Assembly: GCA_963713085.1 (NCBI GenBank) | Contig: CAVQKQ010000013.1 | Location: 42,023 to 106,022, forward strand | Origin: an uncultured Pseudomonadota bacterium | GTDB lineage: Bacteria > Pseudomonadota > Gammaproteobacteria > Burkholderiales > Thiobacillaceae | Direction of reading: 5' to 3' | DNA: 64,000 nt | In this document: positions 46,207-53,688 of the stretch, piece after piece | Numbering within the stretch: position 1 is the first letter of the stretch | Layout: each line of letters starts with the position of its first letter | Program-made: the position numbers and the translations under genes | Notes under the pieces: generated by a model | What the model was told of the DNA's origin: nothing | Seen by the model: only the letters and a program-made list of their open reading frames with translations | Database searches by the model: none

Positions 46207-46342
46207 TACCACCTAATAGGTATGGTGATAGGCGCGTAAATTGTTGTTTTATATGCCCCTGTCACCCAGGCCACCGGATGGGCCACCGCCCGGGGCGATT
46301 AAGGGGTATTTCCACAACCTCGTCCCGGGAATAAAAGGGGTA
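46207..46342. promoter_or_regulatory. candidate NarL heptamers in the narK/narX divergent region
   Basis: taccacc-ta-ataggta (46207-46222) is 7-2-7-like, and its right half is the complement of TACCTAT. aggggta at 46302-46308 and 46336-46342 is the complement of TACCCCT, the canonical NarL heptamer TACYYMT. Confidence 0.4.
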
Positions 46343-46413
46343 CCAGGCGGTCGGACAGGACCTCCCCCCGGCCTATCGCTACCTGGACACCAGTAGTCAT
46401 CCGTAGGGCATCC

Positions 46414-48345
46414 ATGCCAACGAAGAAGCACGTCAAGCTCCCTCCCTGGAAGGCGTTGCAGAACTCCCTCCTGCTGCGCATCGGCGGCGCCATCGCCGCC
46501 ATCGCCCTGCTGGCGATCCTGGGCATGGCGGTGTCCGGGCTGGTGGCGGAATCCACCCAGGGCAGCGGCGAGGCCATCAACCGGGCCGGCAGCCTGCGCA
46601 TGCTGAGCTGGAAGATGGCCAGCTACAGCCTGGCGCTGCCCTTCGCCCGCGACGGACGGGATCGCCAATTCCTGGAACAGGCGATCGGCGATTTCGACCG
46701 TACCCTGATGGACGATTCCATCCGCGCCATGCTGCCCCGGCTGGGCGATGCCTCCGTGGCGCGGACCTACCAGCAGGTTTCGAAGGAATGGCGGGAAAGC
46801 ATCCGGCCCCGCTTCCTGGCCATGACCGGTGAGGCTCCGGCCACCCCGGACGCGGTCAGCCGGGAATTGCTGCTGACCGATGTGCGCAAATTCGTCGAGC
46901 ACATCAACCTGCTGGTCCAACAGATGGAAGACACCACCGAGGCCAAGATCCTGGTCATGCGCCTGGTGCTGGGGGTGGCCCTGGTCCTCACGATCCTGGT
47001 GGTCCTGCTAACCATCTGGCTGATCCACACCCAGCTGGTCCAGCCTCTGCGCAAGCTCCTGGCCCTGGCCGCCAGCGTAGGCAAGGGAGAACTCTCGGCG
47101 CGTACCGAGCACACCGGCGAGGACGAGCTGGGCGAGCTGGGACGCGCCTTCAACCTGATGACGGAAGACCTCTCCAAGCTCTACCTGGACCTGGAATCCC
47201 GGGTGCGCCAGAAGACCGCCGAACTGACCCGCAGCAACCAGTCCCTGGAACTGCTCTACCACTCCATCGCCCGACTCCACGGCGCTCCGCCGGGCAAGGC
47301 CACCTATCTGGCCCTGCTGCGCGACATCGAGGAATTGTTGGGGCTGGGGCACGGCGTCATCTGCCTGGGCGAACCGGACGGCGACACCGGCACCGCGATT
47401 GCCAGCACCATGGAAGCCGGGGATGCCAATCCGTGCGACAAGGCGGAATGCAAGTGGTGCCACGGCACCGACCAGACCCGCATCAGCATTGTCAGCGACT
47501 TCCACCGGCGCCTCACCCTGCCCCTGGCCGACGCGGAGAAGCAGTACGGTGTGCTGATCCTGGAGATCCCGGACGGCAGGCAGCTGGAGTCCTGGCAGGT
47601 GCAATTGCTGGAGGCCCTGTCGCGCCATATCGGCGTTGCCATCGGCGCGGAGCTCCGGATCGAGCAGAACCGGCGGGTGGCCCTGCTGGAGGAGCGTGCC
47701 GTCATCGCCCGGGAACTTCACGACTCCCTGGCCCAGTCCCTGGCCTACATGCGGATCCAGGTGAGCCGGCTGCAGGCCGCCCTGAAGCATCCGGACCAGC
47801 GGGAGGAGGCCGACCAGGTCCTGCAGGAACTGCGCGAGGGCATGAGCGGCGCCTACCACCAGCTGCGGGAACTGCTCACCACGTTCCGCCTCAGGATGGA
47901 TGGCCAGGACCTGCCAACCGCCTTGCAGCAGACCGCCGCCGAATTCGCCGAGCGCGGCGACCTGGGCATCGACCTGGACATCGCACTGGAAGGCTGCCCC
48001 CTCAGCCCCAACGAGGAGATCCATATCCTCCATGTGGTGCGGGAGGCGCTGTCCAACGTGCTGAACCACGCCCGGGCCAACCGGGCCCGCATCATCCTGT
48101 CCTGCCTGGACGACGGCGAAGTATGGGTGGCGGTGGAGGATGACGGCGTGGGCATCGTCAAGAGCGCCGACGTGCATCATTACGGCACCACCATCATGGA
48201 GGAGCGGGCCCGCACCCTGGCCGGCCGGCTGGCCTTCGAAAACCGCGCCGAGGGGGGCACCCGGGTCACCCTGGCGTTCCGCCCGGCCAGCCGGCGGCCC
48301 GGCGGCACCAACCACGCACTGCCCCTACGGAGACTGGAAGCATGA
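46414..48345 (+). CDS. narX: nitrate/nitrite sensor histidine kinase
   Basis: 643 aa with two TM segments flanking a periplasmic sensor (AINRAGSLRMLSWKMA, P-box-like), then HAMP, a GAF-like linker, the H-box ELHDSLAQSLAYM and the HATPase domain. Confidence 0.9.
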   Translation: MPTKKHVKLPPWKALQNSLLLRIGGAIAAIALLAILGMAVSGLVAESTQGSGEAINRAGSLRMLSWKMASYSLALPFARDGRDRQFLEQAIGDFDRTLMDDSIRAMLPRLGDASVARTYQQVSKEWRESIRPRFLAMTGEAPATPDAVSRELLLTDVRKFVEHINLLVQQMEDTTEAKILVMRLVLGVALVLTILVVLLTIWLIHTQLVQPLRKLLALAASVGKGELSARTEHTGEDELGELGRAFNLMTEDLSKLYLDLESRVRQKTAELTRSNQSLELLYHSIARLHGAPPGKATYLALLRDIEELLGLGHGVICLGEPDGDTGTAIASTMEAGDANPCDKAECKWCHGTDQTRISIVSDFHRRLTLPLADAEKQYGVLILEIPDGRQLESWQVQLLEALSRHIGVAIGAELRIEQNRRVALLEERAVIARELHDSLAQSLAYMRIQVSRLQAALKHPDQREEADQVLQELREGMSGAYHQLRELLTTFRLRMDGQDLPTALQQTAAEFAERGDLGIDLDIALEGCPLSPNEEIHILHVVREALSNVLNHARANRARIILSCLDDGEVWVAVEDDGVGIVKSADVHHYGTTIMEERARTLAGRLAFENRAEGGTRVTLAFRPASRRPGGTNHALPLRRLEA

Positions 48346-48992
48346 ACACCGACACTCCCCAGACCCTGCTGGTCATCGACGACCATCCCCTGTTCCGCAA
48401 GGCGGTCCTGCAACTGGTGAAGATGGCCGGCGACTTCAATGTGGTGGGCGAGGCCTCCTCCGGCCGGGAAGGCCTGGAACTGGCCCAGAGCCTGCAGCCG
48501 GACATGATCCTGCTGGACCTGAACATGAAGGAGATGAACGGCATCGAGGTGCTCAAGGTGATCAAGTCCTGGGGCATGGATTCCCGTGTGGTCATGCTCA
48601 CCGTCTCCGACGAGGCCGGCGACCTGGTGTCGGCCCTGCGCGCCGGCGCCGACGGCTACCTGCTGAAGGAGATGGAGCCGGAGGACCTGCTGGCCAAGCT
48701 CAAGGAGGCCGCCGCCGGCCAGGTGACCCTCACCGAGCGCCTCACCCGCCGCCTGGCCCATTCTCTGCGGGAGGACAACAAGCCCCGGGATCCGGACCAG
48801 GCCGGCCTCACCGAGCAGGAGACGCGCATCCTGGAGCAGATCGCGGCGGGAAGGAGCAACAAGCTGATCGCCCGGGAGCTCAATATCGCGGAAGGCACGG
48901 TCAAGGTCCATGTCAAACACCTGCTGCGCAAGCTCAACCTGCGCTCCCGGGTGGAAGCGGCGGTGTGGGCGGTCGAGAAGCGGCGCGGCTGA
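48342..48992 (+). CDS. narL: nitrate/nitrite response regulator (REC + LuxR HTH)
   Basis: 216 aa with LLVIDDHPLFRKAV, DLNMKEMNG and the HTH LTEQETRILEQIAAGRSNKLIARELNIAEGTVKVHVKHLLRKL. There is a 4-nt overlap with narX. Confidence 0.9.
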   Translation: MNTDTPQTLLVIDDHPLFRKAVLQLVKMAGDFNVVGEASSGREGLELAQSLQPDMILLDLNMKEMNGIEVLKVIKSWGMDSRVVMLTVSDEAGDLVSALRAGADGYLLKEMEPEDLLAKLKEAAAGQVTLTERLTRRLAHSLREDNKPRDPDQAGLTEQETRILEQIAAGRSNKLIARELNIAEGTVKVHVKHLLRKLNLRSRVEAAVWAVEKRRG

Positions 48993-48993
48993 C

Positions 48994-50184
48994 ATGGCGG
49001 CACCGGACAACAGCAAAGGGGTGCAGGCGCCCTCCCTGTCCCCGATCCGCCGCTTCCTGAAGACCGACAGCACCCCCATGTCCCGGGCGGAGCGGCGGCG
49101 TTCCGCTCTGGGCGCCCTGGCGGGCATGGTCCTGTGCGGCCTGCTGCTGCACGCCATGCCGGTGGGTTCCCATTGGCTGATCGCGCCGGTGGGGGCCAGC
49201 GTGGTCATCCTCTACGCCCTGCCCCACAGCCCCCTGGCCCAGCCCTGGCCGGTGCTCGGCAGCTACCTGGTGGCCACCGTGGTCGCCCTGGCCTGCGCGG
49301 CCGCCATCCCCATCCCCCAGTTGGCTGCCGCCGCGGCCGTGGCCGGCAGCATCTGGCTGATGGCCCGGTTCGACTGCATCCATCCGCCCGGCGGCGCCCT
49401 GGCCCTGTTCATCGTCCTCGACGGGCCCTATCCGGCGCAACGCATGGCCCTCACCCTGGGCCTGGTGTCGCTGAACGTGGCGGCCATGCTGGCGTCGGCC
49501 CTGCTGGTCAACAACGTCCTGCTGGGGCGGCGCTATCCGTTCACCACCCAGCCCGGCGCCGGCAACCTGCACGGCACCCGGGACCCCTCCCCCCTGGCCC
49601 GCATCGGCCTGAACCACGCGGATCTGGAAAGCGCCATCCAGGCGCTGGACACCTTCGTGGACGTCCAGGAAGGCGAACTGGTCCAGCTCTACAACCTGGC
49701 TGTGGACCACGCCTTCGACCGGCATATCGGTCTGTCCTGCGGCGACATCATGTCCCGGGACGTGGTGACGATACGGTTCGCCACCGAACTGGAGGAGGCC
49801 TGGACCCAGCTGAGGGCCCACAAGATCAAGGCCCTGCCGGTGGTGGACAGCTTCGGGCGCCTGATCGGCATCCTCACCGTGGCCGACTACCTGCGCCAGA
49901 TGGACGACACCACCGCCGCGGGCCTGGCCGTGCGCCTCCAGGGCCTGCTGAAACGCACCCCCGGCGAGCATTCGGAAAAGGCCGAGGTGGTGGGCCAGAT
50001 CATGACCTCGGAGGTCTATTCGGCCAGCGCCGACACCTCCATCTCCGAGCTGGTCGGCAGGTTGTCGGAGAAGGGCATGCACCACATCCCCGTGCTGGAC
50101 GACGCGGGCAGGGTGGCGGGAATGGTCACCCAGTCCGACGTCATCGCCGCCCTGTACCAGCACATCGCACTGTCCAAGGCCTGA
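48994..50184 (+). CDS. HPP-family membrane domain fused to a CBS pair
   Basis: The ATG at 48994 is 1 nt after the narL stop. An alternative ATG lies at 49078. It has the IHPPGGALALFIV motif, then two CBS motifs (IMSRDVVTIRF...LPVVDSFGRLIGILTVAD and IMTSEVYSASA...IPVLDDAGRVAGMVTQSD). Confidence 0.8.
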   Translation: MAAPDNSKGVQAPSLSPIRRFLKTDSTPMSRAERRRSALGALAGMVLCGLLLHAMPVGSHWLIAPVGASVVILYALPHSPLAQPWPVLGSYLVATVVALACAAAIPIPQLAAAAAVAGSIWLMARFDCIHPPGGALALFIVLDGPYPAQRMALTLGLVSLNVAAMLASALLVNNVLLGRRYPFTTQPGAGNLHGTRDPSPLARIGLNHADLESAIQALDTFVDVQEGELVQLYNLAVDHAFDRHIGLSCGDIMSRDVVTIRFATELEEAWTQLRAHKIKALPVVDSFGRLIGILTVADYLRQMDDTTAAGLAVRLQGLLKRTPGEHSEKAEVVGQIMTSEVYSASADTSISELVGRLSEKGMHHIPVLDDAGRVAGMVTQSDVIAALYQHIALSKA

Positions 50185-50205
50185 AGGCCGGGACCGGGCC
50201 GCCGG

Positions 50206-50376
50206 TTACAAGGCGACCATGACGATGCCCATCAGGCCGATCAGGAAGGTAAAGGCCAGCAGGCCCAGGCCGAGGATCTGGATGAAGCCGAAACCGTTGT
50301 GGCGCTGTTCGAAATCCGGCTCATCGGGGATGGGCTGAGAGGGTGACGGCACCGGGGAGTGAGTCTGGAGTTCCAT
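50206..50376 (-). CDS. small single-TM protein (56 aa)
   Basis: MELQTHSPVPSPSQPIPDEPDFEQRHNGFGFIQILGLGLLAFTFLIGLMGIVMVAL. A GGAGG SD lies 5 nt upstream of this ATG. It is downstream of the OmpA-like gene. Confidence 0.35.
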   Translation of the reverse strand: MELQTHSPVPSPSQPIPDEPDFEQRHNGFGFIQILGLGLLAFTFLIGLMGIVMVAL

Positions 50377-50471
50377 GTCTGCCTCCATGCGTTTTCATGG
50401 GGTATCCCATGTGTTCTGTCTAGCACATGAAACGCCCCTGTCCCGGGCACCGTCCCCCCGAGGGCGGCGCC

Positions 50472-51506
50472 TTACTTCAGCACCAGCACCCGGATGAAGA
50501 TCCGGCGGTTGCTGTGGCCGGGCTGGTTCAGGGGCTTGTTGGCGCCGTAGGAGATGGTCGACATGCGGCTGATGGAAATGCCATCCTTCTCGTGGAGGTA
50601 GCGCTTCACCACCTCGGCACGCGCCTTGCCCAGGTTGTAGTTGTTGTCGTCGGTACTGAGGTTGTCGGTGTGGCCCTGGATGTCCAGGTGGTATTCCTGG
50701 CCCAGCTTGTCCAGCCTGGCCGCCAGATCGTCCAGCTTGGCCGCGTCGCGGGCGTCGATGTTGGGATCGTTCTGGGGATACAGCACCTTGTCGTCGGTCA
50801 GCATCACCGTGAACGCCTCTCTGCCGTTGGCCAGGAAGATCTCCTTGGCGGCCTGGGCCATGGCTTCCTGCACCAGGTTGGACAAGTCCTTCACGCGCTT
50901 CTCGACCTGGGCCACCCGGTCGGCCAGGGCGGCGTCGGCGCTGCTTCGGGCGGCGGCATCGGCGTCCTGCCTGGCCTTGACCGCGTCGCTTTGCTGCGCG
51001 GCTTCTCGGGCCGCGACGGCGGCATCGTTCGCGCGCGTCTCGGCTTGGTCGACGCGGTCCGCCAGGGCCGTGACGGCGCCGGCTTCGGCACCTGCCGTCT
51101 GCTTCGCCTGGAGGGCGGCGACCTGCCGGGCGGTCTCGCCGGTGGTCGAGGCCAGCTCGTCGAGGCGCTGGCCGGTCTGAGCGACGCGCGTGTCCTGAGC
51201 CTTGAGCCGGTCGTTCAGGGATTGGATATCGGCCCGCACCGCGCCGAGTTGCTGGTCCATGCGCTGCGCCATGAGTTGTTCCAGTTCGGCCTGCTTCGCG
51301 GCGGTACTGGCCGCTTGCGCCTGGACCATGCGCGAGGCGGCCTCGTTGGTATCGACCATGGCCTGTTCCAGGTTAGCCACCCGACTCTGCAGCGGCTGGG
51401 TCTGTTCGCTCAGCGCCTTCTCGGTGGCACATCCGCTCATCAGCAGGCAGGACAACAGGACGCTGCCGGCCAGGGGCGCGGCGACGGGGTAACGTTTGAC
51501 TGACAT
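50472..51506 (-). CDS. OmpA/MotB-domain lipoprotein with a long coiled-coil
   Basis: The lipobox is LLMSGCA. An Ala/Gln-rich coiled coil follows. The C-terminus LDIQGHTDNLSTDDNNYNLGKARAEVVKRYL...SYGANKP is the OmpA peptidoglycan-binding domain. Confidence 0.85.
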   Translation of the reverse strand: MSVKRYPVAAPLAGSVLLSCLLMSGCATEKALSEQTQPLQSRVANLEQAMVDTNEAASRMVQAQAASTAAKQAELEQLMAQRMDQQLGAVRADIQSLNDRLKAQDTRVAQTGQRLDELASTTGETARQVAALQAKQTAGAEAGAVTALADRVDQAETRANDAAVAAREAAQQSDAVKARQDADAAARSSADAALADRVAQVEKRVKDLSNLVQEAMAQAAKEIFLANGREAFTVMLTDDKVLYPQNDPNIDARDAAKLDDLAARLDKLGQEYHLDIQGHTDNLSTDDNNYNLGKARAEVVKRYLHEKDGISISRMSTISYGANKPLNQPGHSNRRIFIRVLVLK

Positions 51507-51568
51507 GGGGCTCTCCACGGTGTTGGAATCAGGGATGGGAATCTCTTCACGCGATACCTTACATCAAA

Positions 51569-53385
51569 GTGGTTCCGGGGAACCCATTCCAGGTTGGTGG
51601 AAACCGGCCCCACGCCGCGCGCCCTGGTTTCGGCAACGAACCGGGCCAGCAATACCACGACGTCTATTACCAGGCCCGCGCCAAGCTGGTCCGCCTGGCC
51701 GCCCACTACGGCCACCTGCCGGAACCGGCCCTGACCCCGCTGGAATCCCCCACCCTGAAACAGCTGCGGGAAACCGACAGCCTGCTGTCGGAATTGGAAC
51801 TCATCGCCAACCAATGCGATGCCAGCCGGGAGCGCTTCAATCAGGAAATGGCCCGGGAGCAAACCCTGCTGGAGGAACTGGAGCCGTTCACGGTCCTGGA
51901 CGTGGACCTCAAGCAGCTGAGCGGCCCCAAGCGCCTCATCCAGACCCTGGTGGGCACCGTGCCCGAGGCCAACCTGGAGGACCTAAGGCCAAGCTGGAAT
52001 CCATGGGGGTGGTGCTGGAGGTATTCGGCCGCCATAACGGCCTGGCCTACGTGGCGGCCATCTGCCTGCAGACCCGGTGCATCCCCAGCCGGGCCGCCCT
52101 GATCAGCCTGGGCTGGGAGGAATACGTGCTGCCGCCGGAATTCTCCGGCCGGCCGTCGGAGGTGGAACAGAACCTGAAGAACCTGTGCACCCGCCTTACC
52201 AAAGGCTTGGACGACCTGGCCCACCGCCATGAGCATACCTTCGACGGCATCGCCGACCGCCTGGCCCGGGCCACCCGCGTACTGGAACTGGCCAAGCCCT
52301 ATGCCCGGCTTTCTCCCGAGTCGGTGGTGGGACTCTCCGGCCAGATCATGGTCCGGGGCTGGATCCCCGGCCGCAACGCCGCCCGCCTCCAGGCGATCCT
52401 GGCCGAATCCCTGATCTACCCCTTCAAGCTGGACCTGCGCCCGCCGGAGCAGGAGGAAAGGGGGGACGTGCCCTCCACCCTGCGCTATCCCGACTGGATG
52501 GGGCCGTTCGCGGAACTGGTGCGGGGCTACGGCATCCCCCGCTACGGCGACTTCGACCCCACACTGTTCTTCACCGTGTCCTTCATCGCCATGTTCGGGA
52601 TGATGTTCGGCGACGTGGGCCACGGCCTGGTGATCATGCTCGCGGCCCCTTTCCTGCGCCGGGGCTTGCGCCGGTTCCGGCCGCTGGCGCTGGCGGCGGG
52701 GGGCGCCTCGGTGCTGTTCGGTTTCGTCTATGGCAGCGTGTTCGGCCACGAGGAACTCGTCGCTCCCCTCTGGATGTCCCCGCTGTCCGATCCCCCGCGC
52801 ATGATCCAAGCCGCACTGGGCTGGGGCGTGGCCTTCCTCCTGGCCACCCAGCTGATCACCATCTACAACCGCGTGGCCGCCCGCAACTGGTCGTCCGCGC
52901 TGCTCGATTCGGGCGGCGTGGCGGGCACCCTGCTCTACCTGGGCGGGGTGGCCGCCGTGTTCCTGGCGTACACCGGCCGGGCGGGCGCGACGGAGGCGGG
53001 ACTGGCGGCCCTGGCCGGTTTCGTCATGGTGCTGATCCACACCTGCGCCAGGCACACCGAGCCCTGGCCCGAACGCTTCCTGCTCAGCCTCATGGAAAGC
53101 CTGGAGTCGGCGTTCAGCGACTTCGTGCACACCCTGTCCTTCATGCGCACCGTGGCCTTTTCCATCAGCCACGTGGCCCTGGCCCTGGCCATCGCCACAC
53201 TGAGCGGCGAGTTGGACGGCGCCGGGCGCATCCTCACCCTGGTGCTGGGCAACGCCCTGATCCTGGTGCTGGAAGGCTCCATCGTCGCCATCCAGGTGCT
53301 GCGCCTGGAATACTACGAGGGCTTCTCCCGCTACTTCACCTGCTTCGGGCGGGAGTTCAAACCCATGCTCAGAGAGCCCGAATAA
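51569..53385 (+). pseudogene. V-type ATPase subunit I (a-subunit)-like gene, frameshifted and orphan
   Basis: The N-part is in one frame (…LIQTLVGTVPEANLEDL). It continues in another frame (KAKLESMGVVLEVFGRHNGLAYV…) with the junction near 51984-51990. The C-part has family hallmarks (FDPTLFFTVSFIAMFGMMFGDVGHG, SFMRTVAFSISH, IQVLRLEYYEGFSRYF). No other V-ATPase genes are adjacent. Confidence 0.6.
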
Positions 53386-53456
53386 AGCGGCGGAAATCAC
53401 ACCGCCGGATAGGCCCGCCCCACCCATCAGGCACTCCCGCCGTCCACCTTCCATCC

Positions 53457-53465
53457 TGTGGATAA
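53457..53465 (-). promoter_or_regulatory. consensus DnaA box (TTATCCACA on the minus strand) upstream of nrdA
   Basis: tgtggataa lies 96 nt upstream of the -35 hexamer. A single 9-mer match could arise by chance. Confidence 0.35.
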
Positions 53466-53560
53466 ATACCTTGGGCCGGCGCAATGCGGCATAGGGATTC
53501 GCTTCCCGGACGCCCCGTCCTGTAGACAAGCCTGTGCATAGCCTGTGCAAAAAAAAACGG

Positions 53561-53588
53561 TTGACGACCCCGTCTCGAACACTAGAAT
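53561..53588 (+). promoter_or_regulatory. sigma-70 promoter candidate for nrdA (TTGACG-16-TAGAAT)
   Basis: ttgacg at 53561-53566 and tagaat at 53583-53588, about 100 nt upstream of the nrdA ATG. Confidence 0.55.
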
Positions 53589-53626
53589 TAGCGCTTACAA
53601 GGGACAACAAACACTATATTTAGTGT
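53579..53626 (+). promoter_or_regulatory. two NrdR boxes spaced 32 bp start-to-start
   Basis: Box 2, acactatatttagtgt (53611-53626), fits the palindromic NrdR consensus acaCwAtATaTwGtgt. Box 1, acactagaattagcgc (53579-53594), is weaker and overlaps the -10 hexamer. Confidence 0.65.
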
Positions 53627-53688
53627 TTGCTAATAAACCACCGGATGCCCTGGTTTTTCGGGCGTCCACATACCCAGGAGACGCCCAG

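Noticed and set aside
46096-46413. FNR/ANR box (TTGAT-N4-ATCAA) in the narK/narX control region
   Set aside because: The only ATCAA (46121-46125) has no matching TTGAT half-site at the correct spacing.
51975-51995. Programmed ribosomal frameshift in the V-ATPase subunit I-like gene
   Set aside because: There is no slippery heptamer or downstream structure at the junction (gaggacctaaggccaag). A simple 1-nt indel or sequencing error explains it.
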